This document shows, in pieces, positions 42,801-56,439 of a stretch of DNA of 64,000 bases. Both the position numbers and the translations under genes were made by a program. The stretch's first letter is position 1. Each line of letters begins with the position of its first letter. The stretch lies in NCBI RefSeq assembly GCF_009914755.1, contig NC_060933.1, one strand, 5' to 3'. This DNA is from the human T2T-CHM13v2.0 reference genome, Homo sapiens. The notes beneath the pieces were generated by a model. That model made no database searches and was not told where the DNA came from. It saw only the letters and a list, made by a program, of their open reading frames with translations.

Positions 42801-43539
42801 ATTGAAGCCGTGGAGCAGTGTTTTGTTGAACAATAAATATGATATAGGACACTCTTCCTCCCTTTCATTTATGATCCTGTTCATGAAAAAGAGAAATTCT
42901 TTCATTGTGCTAGAAGCTTAAAATAATGAAAATGCCACTTTCTACATTAAACAGAAACTGAAGGGAATCAAGGTGAATTGCAAGAGACATAGAAAACAAG
43001 TGGGAAAGAAATCTAGTATAATTTGCCCTTTGTGTACCTTTATTACTTAGCGTTTGAGTAAATGATTCCCCCAAATATCTTCCCATCTTAATTCATGTCT
43101 CTAAAGTAGACATTTATGTCTCACCTTGTCAAGAAGGGCAAACTCTAACATAAACATTTCCCAAAAATGCTTCCTGCTAAAACATAAGCTCAGTGTGGCT
43201 AGAAATGCAGCTCACTTCATAAAGATTAATTGGTAGCTAATTTTGCATGCTGTTCTCTGAACTTCAGTGAAACCTGTCCATCAGGCATACAGGGAATGAC
43301 GGAAAAGGTGACAACAGAAGATGAATGCTATGTCACTAATCTTCAAAGATGACAATGTGCAAATCGGGACAGCCATAGAAGCCACAACCGAAGGCAAGAA
43401 AAGATGACTTGACGCCCTGCGAAGGTTACGTTCAGGTGGTTTTTAGAGGAACGTAATCCAGCTTAGAGGAATGTAATCTTTCTAACCATTTTGCAGCGAA
43501 CGAACAGAAGTTCGTGTTTGCTCTCCAGCGGGATTCAGA

Positions 43540-45100
43540 TGCACACGCCCAGTATGGGCCGCGCAAGGTGGAGTGAGCAGCTGCGGGTCGCTCCCCACTC
43601 CCACCTGGCTCTAGGAGGGCCCTGCGGAGTTGGCCAGGGAACTGGGCGTGGGCGATACTAAAAAAACTGGTGAGGTCCCCTCTCCGCCCAAAGGGGCAGC
43701 CAGCGATGTCAGCCTAGAGCCCTCCGCCACTGCCTGATACCTCAGCAGCGCCGACGAGGCCGACAGGTGCCCGCCCAGCACCGCGCCCTTGGTGGGAGCG
43801 CAGCCGTTGGCGCAGTCCTCCTGATGCTGCTGCTATTGCTGCAAAATTGTCCGAGCAGCAGCGGCGGCGGACACTTGCAGCAAAGGGGCAGCGGTTTGGG
43901 GATGCAACAGGCTTGATGGTCGCTGGAGCAGGTGGCAGTAGCTCCACGCGGTCGGGGACAAACTCTGCGCAGCCCCTGTACCCGCTCCCCTGACCCCTTG
44001 CATAATACTCTCAATGCTGAAAGAGAAGCATCCGCCTCCCGGTGGCGACGCCAGACCCTTGCCCTCCTCCCAAGGCTGAGGACCAAGTGAGGGCTGCAGC
44101 ACGGGAAGGGTGCCGGGGTCGCCAGGTCCGCGCCTTCTGCTTTCTTCGGTGCCCCGGCATAGAAGCGGGCCGAGAGCAGTAGGTAGCGAAGAGGATGCGG
44201 GTGCAGCAGAGCGTAAGGGCGTCTCCCGGGGGCGGTGTTGGGGTAGGCCCCCGGGACTGGCTGCGGCGGGGCAGGGGCCCCAAGCAGAGGGCCTGGGTGG
44301 GGGTTGTGCAGGGCGGCGTGTGCAGCAGGTAGAGGGAAGGGGTGGGGCAGGTGGGCTCCCGGGGTCAGTTGGTGGCGCTTGAAACGCTTCCTACGCCGGA
44401 GAAAGCTGCCATTGTCGAACATGTCCTGGGAGGCGGGGTCCAGGCTCCAGTAGTTGCCCTTGCCTGGGTGGCCCGGCTCGCGGGGGATCTTAACGAAGCA
44501 GTCGTTCAGCGAGAGGTTGTGGCGGATGCTGTTCTGCCAGGCGGGGAACTTGCGGCGGTAGTATGGGAAGCGGCCACTAATGAAGGCGCAGATGCCGCTG
44601 AGCGTGAGGCGCTTGTGCGGGTTTTGCAGGATGGCCATGGTGATGAGCGCGATGTACGAGTAGGGGGGCTTTGCCGGCTGCCGGGCATCTTCAGAGGCCG
44701 CCGCAGACCTTGGCGGTGCCCTGAACTTGGTGCCAAACTCTGAAGGGTCACTCGGGCCGCCGCCGCCCTCGATGTGCTCTCGGGGAAGCGCAACCCCGCC
44801 CCACCGGGCCACCTGCAGCCCCGGCTGGAGCGACTGCTCTAGGAACTGCTGTCTCGCCTCCTCCTCCTCGTCTTCCACCTCGTCTTCATCTTCCTCCTCT
44901 CCCAGGACATCGATTTTACCGTCTTCCCCATCGGAGTCCCGGAGGCTGCGCTGCGGTGTGGAGCGAGGGCGCTCAGCTCTTGGCAGGTTCATGGAGGAGC
45001 AGGTGCTTCAGTCGCAGGGGATGTGGCGGCCGATCACCTGGCCTGGGGCGGGCTGAGCTGGAAGCCTGGGATGAATGTTGCAAGAAGCAGGAACGCTAGT
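43540..45100. promoter_or_regulatory. CpG island over the FOXD4-like gene
   Basis: high GC and CpG density relative to the flanks. Confidence 0.85.
43742..44992 (-). CDS. FOXD4L5: Forkhead box protein D4-like, intronless, 416 aa (FOXD4L5; FOXD4L4 not excluded)
   Basis: acidic N-terminus, forkhead domain [14 protein letters not shown]...[21 protein letters not shown]...GNYWSLDP...[13 protein letters not shown]; C-terminus [11 protein letters not shown]; family certain, paralog assigned from length and context only. Confidence 0.85.
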   Translation of the reverse strand: MNLPRAERPRSTPQRSLRDSDGEDGKIDVLGEEEDEDEVEDEEEEARQQFLEQSLQPGLQVARWGGVALPREHIEGGGGPSDPSEFGTKFRAPPRSAAASEDARQPAKPPYSYIALITMAILQNPHKRLTLSGICAFISGRFPYYRRKFPAWQNSIRHNLSLNDCFVKIPREPGHPGKGNYWSLDPASQDMFDNGSFLRRRKRFKRHQLTPGAHLPHPFPLPAAHAALHNPHPGPLLGAPAPPQPVPGAYPNTAPGRRPYALLHPHPLRYLLLSARFYAGAPKKAEGADLATPAPFPCCSPHLVLSLGRRARVWRRHREADASLSALRVLCKGSGERVQGLRRVCPRPRGATATCSSDHQACCIPKPLPLCCKCPPPLLLGQFCSNSSSIRRTAPTAALPPRARCWAGTCRPRRRC

Positions 45101-45173
45101 GGTTACCCTTTGGGATGTTTTCGTCTGCTTGTTTCTACTCCTTTGCAACAACGTCCGGCAAAGATGCCTTTGC

Positions 45174-45224
45174 CTTTTATAAAAGCTTCTTCAAGACCAT
45201 GTGTGGTGGACTCCCCCCTTTATA
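45174..45224 (-). promoter_or_regulatory. Candidate TATA boxes for the FOXD4-like gene
   Basis: palindromic CTTTTATAAAAG at 45174-45185 and minus-strand TATAAAGGGG at 45215-45224, 180-230 bp upstream of the ATG. Confidence 0.45.
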
Positions 45225-46167
45225 ACCCTTCTTCCCCTACCTCGGAGCGGTGCCACTTCCTCCTAACGTAGTCCAGGGATGATGGTCTTCTGGGCAAACA
45301 CTGTCCGGAGAAAAGCCCAGGCCCCTCCTCCTCGCACCCACCTGCCACCAAGGAAGATGCTCTACTCATCCGGTGCAGCCAGACAGTTGGCAAGCCTTTG
45401 CACGGGTTCTGTTAAGGCGCATTTAAACCCGCGCAAATAAAAGCGAGGTAGGAAAGTATGATACTCAACATTCTATGACCACCTCGACATGCAGCCTTCC
45501 CTCCTGGAGAAAAGAAATGGTGGGGCAGGAGGCTGAAATGTACACGGTTGTTTGTAAAGGAATGTGTAACCGTAAAAGTATGTTTTTGTGTTTCACAGCT
45601 GGTAATCACCCATTTTCATTGGTAGAGTCTGTCCTTACCCAGAATGGTGAGCTGAATTATATTTAAGGTTCTGACAATATTCCCAGGCTTCAGGGGGGTG
45701 TTGCTTTGCTCCTTCTACCTTCCTTCCCACCTCCCCAAGATGCTCTCCCTGACTCAAATTTTCAGAAAAGGTCCAAATGTCCCAGCACTAAATTGTGTAA
45801 GTTTATTCAGGGAAGGCAGGAGAGCTCACACGGAGTCCTCTGTCCCCTTGTAGCAATGGTTCTCCAATTTCTTTGAATATTTAACCACAGAAATACATTT
45901 TATATAACAATCTTACACATACAGACATAATACATAACTAAGATGGGTTTCACGAAACAATATACTTACACTATAGTGATGACTGATATTTCCTTTTAAA
46001 AAAAAATGGCCATAACCAACTAAGTTGATTTCACACGTACCAGTATGGGCCCAGTTTGAAAAATCCTGTTCTTACAAAGTGGCCCCACATACAAGAAATG
46101 CACCCACTCTATAAGGGCTTCTCTCTCTCCCTTTCCTCCTTCCTTTCTTCATCCTTTATAACCAATT

Positions 46168-46774
<607 letters not shown>

Positions 46775-47609
46775 CTTCATTCTTTCAGAAATGTCAACAT
46801 TAAGTGCTTTTACTGTAATAAAACTTGGGACTTCAATGAGGCAAGAAGGGGCTGCAGTGTTGCCTTTAAATCAGTGGGTCCTCATTCACTATCTGCACTG
46901 GGGAGGGGCAATATGACAGCACAACTGTTCATCTCACTCGCTCCACATCCTTAGAAGTAACGCGATTTTTAGATTGGCTTCATGAAAATTAGCTCAGAGA
47001 CTAAAGTAGCACTACAGAGGAATAAAAAAAAATATTTGTTATATAAATAAGGATCTTATTAAAATACTAAGTAAGATACTATGCCACGGTATATATTCAT
47101 AATTTAAAACCCACCTACTTGGGAAAACTTTGAGGTGCCATCTAATAAAAAATGCAGCGTGAAAGAATATTATGCCCTTGATAGTCACATAGTGTCTATA
47201 ATTATGACAATGAATGTTCAGTGAGAAATCAAACGCCAACTGCAAGGGCAAAATATAATAAAAAATAGCTTAAAGTAGCTAGTGCCTTCAGGATAAAATC
47301 TGGAAAAGAGCTTTCTTGCTGATCTTTTTTTGAAACTTTGCTGCTCCTGAAGTTTTTACCCTTTAGGGCTCCTCAGTTTATATGAAGCTTGGAGGACAAA
47401 TAACAGACAGGTTTGAGCCTAACAGATTTGTTTGAATCCCAAATTTACCAATGACTGCTTGTGTGACCTACTAAACTAAGCTCCAGGAGGGCCAGGCCAG
47501 GTGTCTTATTCAACCACATAATCCCAGACGCCTCCTCCCCAGCGCCCCCCAGCATGTGAGGCAAATTTCCTCCATCAGCATAGGAATCGGATGACCTGGG
47601 AAAGGGAGT

Positions 47610-48095
47610 ATTGTTAGTTTTCCTAGAGCCAGCTTCAATAGGGATTGGGGTTATTTAAAAATACAAGAGAAAAATAAGGAGGCGCTCAAAAACAAAACAC
47701 AAAACCCACATTGATGGGGGTATGTCAAAGGGGGGAACAGGAGATAACTGAAAGAGTTCCCAATGGTCAAAGCTGGGAAAATTTGAGCAACAAAATAAAG
47801 TAGTATTAAATTGTAACCCAAAGTATAAAATATTCGTGTCCACACTGATAAACATAAATGATCAAACTAATAAAGCGAAAGGGACAACTGTCCCTTGCAG
47901 AAGAATTTCAATTAATTATGTAGACCACTCCCAAGAAAGTACACTACAACTCCCCATTCCTTTAGTGTGGGCTGTGCATAGTGATTTCCTTCCAAAGAGC
48001 ACAGTATGAAATGGGGGAGAAGAGTAACTTTACAATGCAGAAACCTGACAAACACTCCTTCAGCCAGGTGATCAGGTCGTCAACATCAACATCAA
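47610..48095 (+). mobile_element. L1MC 3' fragment
   Basis: GAGTTCCCAATGGTCAAAGCTGG..GAAACCTGACAAACACTCCTTCAGCCAGGTGATCAGGTC. Confidence 0.7.
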
Positions 48096-48520
48096 TAACA
48101 GTCATAACCTTTTATTTCATGTCATAAAATGGTGACACTTACTTGTGTTAAAAAAATTTAATAACAATGTAATCATTATATCTCTGCAATCAGCTGAAGT
48201 TCTAAGAAAAAATGACAATGTTGAAAGTTGTATCATCATTATTATAAACTTTCATGTTCAGTATATGTAAACTCCAAAGCCAATTTCAAAAGATATTTTT
48301 GTGAAATACCATTCTTTAAAAAAAAGGATATTATATATAATTGTATGAATGTTAAATGTTTTACAGTACTGATTTGCTACATTTTATGTATGCTGTAAAA
48401 CAAATACCATTTTAAAGTATATTGGAATTCGTAACTAAAGTAATAAATAAGTGCTTGAAATATACCCAGTAGAAACTTATTTTTATTATCCAATCCTTTT
48501 GATAAGAAATGCCACTAGTG

Positions 48521-48627
48521 TTATGTACAAACTTGATCTTCTTTGAAATGTGTTGTCCACTGCTTTTCTGTTTCTGTCACAGTAGCTATAAACAGCTGTT
48601 TAAGGATATCCTTATCTAAATTTCTGC
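48521..48627 (-). CDS. CBWD/ZNG1 (COBW-domain, COG0523 zinc metallochaperone GTPase) paralog, terminal coding exon
   Basis: tttgcag|[35 protein letters not shown]; AATAAA on the minus strand at 48482-48487 and 48111-48116. Confidence 0.93.
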
Positions 48628-49014
48628 CTGCAAACAAAACAAAATATGACGTGATTACATTATGCTTATTAAAATGACACAGTTCACCTATCAATTCCAG
48701 TTCATTAAATGCTTTATGGTGTTTAGAAATTTACAAAAAGAATAGTAATTGAGTGATTCCATCTTTAACTTTCCAGGTCAGTACATCAAAGTCACATTGG
48801 TCCTTGGATTAACCACTTTTCTAAAACTGAAGAAGAACAAAAGTCCTAACAAGCTTTTACGAACGTTGTAACATGATAAAGATGAAACATTGACCACAAG
48901 CTTATTTAGTTTTAAAAGAGGACCTGAATGGTTAATCTGTTTAAGTGGCACATGATATCCCTTTCAAATATATTTTTCACTTTGTTTTAAAACTGTGAAT
49001 CCTTTGAGACTTAC

Positions 49015-49144
49015 CAATGAGGACCAATCGATTTGTTCTCTCAGTGTCATCCTTCCAGCTCACTGGAGTCTCCTCCAGATCATAGAGCTCATGGACACCC
49101 TGGACAATCACTTGTTGTGATTTGTCTTTGATTGACACCAATCC
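49015..49144 (-). CDS. CBWD/ZNG1 paralog exon (130 nt)
   Basis: AG/GT bounded; [43 protein letters not shown] (CobW C-terminal domain). Confidence 0.93.
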
Positions 49145-50269
49145 CTGCTCAAAGGAGAATTGATTGAACATTGATCAGCCTCAGTTCAAACTTAAAAGCA
49201 GAAATAGAGCATCAATGTTAATGGATTAATTACTGATATTCACTTAAAAAATACAAACTCTTAAGCTGAGAAAATTATTTAATTTCAATTATTTGTGAAT
49301 TACAAGAAGTTTCTTAATGTTTTTAATTTTCAAAAAAGGTTTCTGTGTATTGTTTTTTTTTTGAACAATCCCCTTTTCTAATGATAAAGTTAATACATAT
49401 ATTAGGATGGTTTTTCAGTGTTTTTTATCACAACCAAAACCTGAAACAAAATGATGAAATATGTATCATATCCTATTGATTAAAGATTTTATATAATGTT
49501 TCACAGTTTTAGTGGGAAAAGTTGAGAAGTTAAAGGAGTTTGGTTATATTAAATAATTTGTTTTAGAAATGGGTTGCAATCAATGAACAATGTTGAAATA
49601 AAGAAAAACTATTATATTTATCTGAATATGAGCTCATTGTGTATTGATTTGCAGAAATGAGAAACGAATTATCTGATAAACTGGCTCCTATGGGGATGAA
49701 ATTAATTTATTTGAAATAATATTCTTAATTTACCAAAAACTTTGTGTACACTTGTGAACACACAAGAGTAGACACTCAACTGACTGGTTAAGCATACACT
49801 TTAGAATCACTGCTTCCTAGAAGAAATACCTTTCATGACTTAAATACCCAAATATCAAGTAATGTGAGTGGGTTTCTAAATACAGAACAAGAATTCTTCT
49901 AGTCCTTTGTAACTTTGTTTAGAGTATGACAAATGTTTAGTGTCTGCTAAATGCATCAGGAAGCATAATGTTCAGCAGAAGTGAGATTTGCAACATTATT
50001 TCTCTGTACTTGGGAACAGAGAGCAGAAGGTAACATTTCAAAGCGCACAGGTTTGTTCTAGCTGCAACCCTAAAGAAAGTTGTGCAAATAAATCAAGCCT
50101 TATGCAGTGATTTCCAAAGCTCCTTTTCAGTCATGAAAATAATAAAGAAAAATGAAAGTAGACAAAGATGATTTGTACTAAAACCAGTGTTTCTGTTTAA
50201 AACCAAATATAGTTTTTATAACAGCCAAGAAAAGGACTTTGTCCAAAAGTCTGCAACAGTAAACTGTAC

Positions 50270-50335
50270 CTTCAGCCTTATGACCTCCATGCAGTGATTG
50301 TCCTTGTTTCTCACATTCTTTTCCCACAGGAGATT
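50270..50335 (-). CDS. CBWD/ZNG1 paralog exon (66 nt)
   Basis: AG/GT bounded; [22 protein letters not shown]. Confidence 0.92.
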
Positions 50336-50438
50336 CTGTATCAAGTGACATATTTTAATAAGACCAACCATCGCTAACAGCAACAACTATGTAACAAAAC
50401 CATTGATAAATCATTAATCAGTTAAAAATTGCATTCAC

Positions 50439-50507
50439 CTGAATAAACATATTAAGATGTTCTTCCTTTGCATTTCCTGGTACTTCAAATGTGATTGTAA
50501 CAATACT
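50439..50507 (-). CDS. CBWD/ZNG1 paralog exon (69 nt)
   Basis: AG/GT bounded; [23 protein letters not shown]. Confidence 0.92.
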
Positions 50508-51619
50508 CTGTAAATCAAGGGAAATAATAATAATTCTTTATAGTAATAACAATGTTTTTTAAATCACAAATTTTAAGATGAAAAGGAACATATTCATGGA
50601 ATTTTACATTGCTTAAACCATATATATTAGGTATTATACTTTCCTCAGCATATGTGCTGTTTTTTTTGGAATTAGCAACTCCATTTCCTACATTCTGCAC
50701 AGGTACCAATGGATTTAGTATTTACACAAACTACTACCTTGTATTTTAAAAAACTCACTCAAAAACCCTGATGAAAGGGTCCTCATTATTTAATTCATTC
50801 TTTCGTGGATTCTCAGCAATAAGAATATATGTAACACATACAATGTACTCACTACACAGGGCCAGGTACTTTTGCCTGAGTCACCTCATTTTATCTTTTG
50901 ACTTACTCTTCACAACAATCCTGGGGAGTGAAGATAACTATTTCATTTTATAAATTGGGGAAAATAAGGGTCAAAAAAATAAGCTACCCAGAGCCAGGAA
51001 TAAAACTCAAAACCGAAGTAAATTTGTTCTCTTAAAAAAAAAATACAAAAGAAAGGCTTGGCTTATCTTTAACTGAATAAGCATGTGCCAAGAGGAGAAG
51101 AGTTCTTAGCGATGAGAATGATAGGATAATGCCCTCTTTGGCTTTAGTAAGGGTGACATCATCATGTATTGAATATTAACTTTAGGATTTATTTTTCTTC
51201 TTTATCTTGATAAATCTCTCACTGTCTACCCCAAAGAAACAGAAGCTTAACATTTCCTGTAACAGGTCACCTAATTAAAACCCAAACCTCCCTTTGCCAA
51301 TATAACCCCAAATTTCAAACTCAGAGATGAAAATACACAAGGGCTAAGCATAACATTATAAAAACATACACCTCACCTTGGAAAATAGAGGCTCAAAAGC
51401 CAAGCTCAAAATGAATTTAAAAAGGTAGAAAATAATATACTAAAGCACATCTTTGAATAACTTCCTAGAACTGCGTATCTGGCCTAGCAATTTTACTCAC
51501 CATTACATAATCATACAGGCTTACAGCAGAAAATACAAAAAGACCAAAACTATTTTATAGTCCAAACTCAAGAGAATCGCTAAAGTATTAAAGACCAATT
51601 TAGGCAGAAACATATGAGA

Positions 51620-54600
51620 CATTTCTTTCTTTCCATAGGTTACTGGGGAACAGGTGGTGTTGGTTAACTTCTTTAGTGGTGATTTGTGAGATTTTGGTAC
51701 ACCCATCACCTGAGCAGTATACACTGCACCCAATTTTTGTCTTTTATTCCTCATCCCCTTCCCACCCTTTCTCCCTGAGTCCCCAAAGTTCATTGTGTCA
51801 TTCTTATGCCTTTGCATCCTCATAGCTTAGCTCCCACTTATGAGTGAGAACACAGCGATGTTTGGTTTTCCATTCCTGAGTTCTTTCACTTAGAATAATA
51901 GTCTCCAATCTTATCCAGGTCACTGCGAATGCCATTAATTCACTCCTTTTTATGGCTGAGGAGTATTCCATTGTATGTATATATATCACAGTTACTTTAT
52001 CCACGCATTGATTGATGGGCATTTGGGTTGGTTCCACGTTTTTGCAATTGCGAATTGTGCTGCTATAAACATGCGAGTGCACGTATCTTTTTCGTATAAT
52101 GACTTCTTTTCCTCTGGGTGGATATCTAGTAGTGGGATTGCTGGACCAAATGGTAGTTCTACTTTTAGTTCTTTAAGGAATCTCCACACTGTTTTCCATA
52201 GTGGTTGTACTAGTTTACATTCCCACCAGCAGTGTAGAAGTGTTCTGGGTTCACCACATCCATGCCAACATCTACTATTTTTTTGATTTTTTTATTATGG
52301 CCATTCTTGCAGAAGTAAGGCGGTATCGCACTGTGGTTTTGATTTGCATTTCCCTGATCATTAGTGATGTTGAGCATTTTTCCATATGTTTATTGGCCAT
52401 TTGTATATCTCCTTTTAAGAACGGTCTATTCATGTCCTTAGCCCACTTTTTGATGGGACTGCTTTTCTTGCTGATTTGTTGGAGTTCATTGTAGATTCTG
52501 GATATTTGTTCTTTTTCAGATGTATATATTATGAAAGATTTTCTCCTTCTCTGTGGGTTGTCTGTTTACTCTGCTGACTGTTCCTTTTGCTGTGCAAAAT
52601 TTCTTTAGTTTAATTAAGTCCCAGCTATTTATCTTTGTTTTTATTGCATTTGCTTGAAATCCTTGCCTAAGCCAATGTCTAGAATGATTTTTCCAATGGT
52701 ATCTTTTAGAATTTTTATAGTTTCAGGTCTTAGATTTAAGTCTTTAATTTATCTTGGGTTGATTTTTGTATACAGTGAGAGATGAGGATCCAGTTTCATT
52801 CTCCTACATGTGGCTAGCCAATTATCCCAGCACCATTTGTTGAAAAGGGTATCCTTTTTCCACTTTACGTTTTTGTTTGCTTTGTTGAAGATCAGTTGGC
52901 TGTAAGTATTTGGGTTTATTTCTGGGTTCTCTATTCTGTTCCATTGGTCCATGTGCCTATTTTTATAACCGTACCATGCTGTTTTGGTGACTATGGCCTT
53001 ATAGTATAAGTTTGAAATCAGGTAATGTGATGCCTTCAGATTTGTTCTTTTTGCTTAGTCTTGCTTTGGCTACGCGCATGTGTATGTTAAACCATCCCTG
53101 CATCCCTGGTATGAAACCCCTTGATCATGGTGGATTATCTTTTTGATATGTTGTTGGAATCAGTTAGCTAGAATTTTCTTAAGGATTTTAGCATCTATGT
53201 TCAAGGATATTGGTCTGTAGTTTTCTTCTTTGGTTATGTCCTTTCCTGGTTTTGGTATTAGGGTGATACTGGCTTCATGATTTAGGGAGGATTCCTTCTT
53301 TCTCTCTCTTGTGGAATAGTGTCTTTAAGACTGGTACCAATTCTTCTTTGAATATCTGGTGGAATTCTGTTGTGAATCCGTCTAGTCCTGGACATTTTTT
53401 TGTTGGTAATTTTTTAATTACCATTTCAATCTCCCTGCTTGTTACTGGTCTGTTCAGGGTAATTCTTCCTGATTTAAGCTAGGAGGGTTGTATCTGTCCA
53501 GGAATTTATCCATCTATTTTAGGTTTTCTAGTTTATGCATGTAAAGGTGTTCATAGTAGCCTTGAATATCTTTTGTATTTCTGTGGTGTCAGTTGTAATA
53601 TCTCCCGTTTCATTTCTTGAGCTTATTTGGATTTTCTCTCTTTTCTTGGCTAATCTTGCTAACGGTCTATCAATTTTATTTATCTTTTCAAAGAACCAGC
53701 TTTTCGTTTCATTTATCTTTTGGATTTTTTTGTTGTTTTGTTTCAATTTCATTTAATTCCGCTCTGATCTTCTTTCTTCTGCTGGGTTTGTTCTTGTTTC
53801 TCTAGTTCTTTGAGATGTGACCTTAGATTGTCTGTGCTCTTTCCAACTTTTTGATGGAGGCATTTAGGGCTATGAACTTTCCTCTTAGCACCACCTTTGC
53901 TGTATCCCAGAGGTTGATAGGTTGTGTCATTATTGTCATTCAGTTTGAGGAATTTTTACATTTCCATCTTGATTTCATCTTTGACCCAATGATCATTCAG
54001 GAGCAGGTTATTCCATGTATCTGCATGGTTTTGAAGGTTCCTTTTGGAGTTGATTTCCAGTTTTATTCCACTGTGGTCTGAGAGAGTGCTTGATATAATT
54101 TTAATTTTCTTAAAATTTATTGAGGCTCATTTTGTTGGCTATCATATGGTCTATCTTACAGAAAGTTCATGTGCTGTTGAACAGAACGTATATTCTGTGG
54201 TTGTTGGATGGAATATTCTGTATATATCTTTTAACTCCATTTGTTCCAAGGTATAGTTTAAATCCACTGTTTCTTTGTTGACTTTCTGTCTTGATGACCT
54301 GTGCAGTGCTGTCAGTGGAGTATTAAAATCCCTCACTATTATTGTGTTGCTGTCTGTCTAATTTTTTAGGTCTATTAGTAATTCTTTTATAAATTTGGGA
54401 GCTCCAGTGTTAGGTGCATATGTTTAGGATTGTGATACTTTCCTGTTGGACAAGGCCTTTTTTTCATTATATAATGTCCCTCTTTGTCTTTTTAAACTGC
54501 TATTTCTTTAAAGTTTGTTTTGTCTAATATAAGAATGGCTACTCCTGCTCACATTTGGTGTCCGTTTGCATGAAATGTCTTGGTCCATCCCTTTACCTTA

Positions 54601-56265
54601 AGTTTATGTGAGTCCTTATGTGTTAGGTGAGACTCTTGAAGGCGACAGATAGTTGGTTGGTGAATTCTTACCTATTCTGCAATTCTGTATCTTTTAAGTG
54701 GAGCATTTAGGCCATTTATATTCAATGTTAGTATTGAGATGTGAGGTACCACTCTATTCATCATGCTATTTGTTGCCTGTATACCTTGTTTTTTTTGGTT
54801 TTTGTTGTTTTTCTAATTGTACTTTTGTTTTATAGGTCCTGTGATATTTATGCTTTAAAGAGGTTCTGTTTTGATATGTTTCCAGGATTTGTTTCAAGAT
54901 TTAGAGTTCCTTTTAGCATTCTTGCACTGGTGGCTTGGTAGTGGTGAATTCTCTGTTTGTCTGAAAAAGCTGTATCTTGCCTTCATATATGAAGCTTAGT
55001 TTTGCTGAATACAAAATTCTCAGCTGATAATTGTTTTGTTTGAGGAGGCTGAAGATAGGGTTCCAATCCCTTCTGGCTTGCAGGGTTTCTGCTGAGAAAT
55101 GTGCTGTTAATCTGGTAAGTTTTCCTTTATAGGTTACCTGGTGCTTTTGTTTCACAGCTCTTTCTTTCATCTTAACTTCAGATAACCTGACGACAATGTG
55201 CCTAGATGACGATCTTTTTGTGATGAATTTCCCAGATGTTCTTTGTGCTTCTTGTATTTGGATCTAGGTCTCTAGCAAAGCTGGGGAAGTTTTCCTCAAT
55301 TATTCCCCCAAATATGTTTAACAAACGTTTAGATTTCTCTTCTTCCTCAGGAATGCTGGTTATTCTTAGGTTTGGTCATTTAACATAATTCCAGATTTCT
55401 TGAAGGCTTTCTTCATATTTTCTTATTCTTTTTTCTTTGTCTTTATTGGATTCGGTTAATTAGAAGACCTTGTCTTCAGGCTCTGAATTTCCTTCTTCTA
55501 CTTGTTCAATTCTATTGCTAAGACTTTCCAGAGCATTTTATATTTCTATAAGTATGTCCATTATTTCCTAAAGTTTTGATTGTTTTTTATTTATGCTATC
55601 TAGTTCATTGAATATTTCTCCCTTTACTTCTTGTATCTTTTTTTTTTTAATATCCTTACATTGGGCTTCACCTTTCTCTGATGCCTTAGCTTAATAACCA
55701 ACCTAGTGAATTCTTTTTCAAGTAAGTCAGGGATTTCTTCTTAGTTTGGATCCATTGCTGGTGAGCTAGTGTGATTTTTTGGGGGGTGTTAAAGAACCTT
55801 GTTTTGTCATACTACCAGGGTCGGTTTTCTGGTTCCTTCTCATTTGGGTAGGCTCTGTCAGAGAGAAGGTCTAGGGCTGAAGGTTGTTGTTCAGATTCTT
55901 TCGTCCTACGGGGTGTTCCCTTGATGTAGTACTCTCTCCCTTTTCCTATGGATGTGGCTTCCTGAGAGCTGAGCTGTAGTGATTGCTATCTCTCTTCTGG
56001 ATCTAGCCACCCAGCAAGTCTACCAGACTCCAGGCTGGTACTGGGGGGTAGTCTGCACAGAGTCGGGAGATGTGAACCATCTGTGGGTCTCTCAGCTGTG
56101 GATACCAGCACCTGTTCCAGTGGAGGTGGTAGGAGGGTGAAATGTACTCTTTGAGGGTTCTTAGCTTTGCTGGTTTAATGTACTATTTTTGTGCTGGTTG
56201 GCCTGCTGCAGGGAGGTGGCACTTTCCAGAGAATGTCAGTTGTGGTAGTATGGAAAGGAACAGGT
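51620..56265 (-). mobile_element. L1PB-like LINE-1 with 5' region, ORF1 and ORF2 remnants, internally deleted
   Basis: ORF1 (VTYKGKLTRLTAHFSAETLQARRDW), endonuclease (DFNTPLTAL), [26 protein letters not shown]2 C-terminus; L1PB-type 3' end. Confidence 0.92.
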
Positions 56266-56439
56266 GATGTGTTGGGCTCTAGAACGCCCAAAAACATGAG
56301 ATATTTAATCTCCACTGTTACTAGTAATAGAAAAAGCAGAAAAGTGCTTTCTTGCTTGATAAGAGAAGTGCAAGCAGACTAAAAAAAGGTTCAAATTGAA
56401 CTTGCAAATGTGAGACTTTTAAAAGTACTTATTTTGTCA

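Noticed and set aside
44011-45271. Antisense and overlapping ORFs across FOXD4L
   Set aside because: Expected by-product of high GC; only the frame carrying FSIESIM has independent support
48977-49171. 64-aa ORF as a standalone gene
   Set aside because: It is an internal CBWD exon read through into flanking intron
51521-55170. L1 ORF fragments as an active retrotransposon
   Set aside because: Many stops and frameshifts plus an internal deletion
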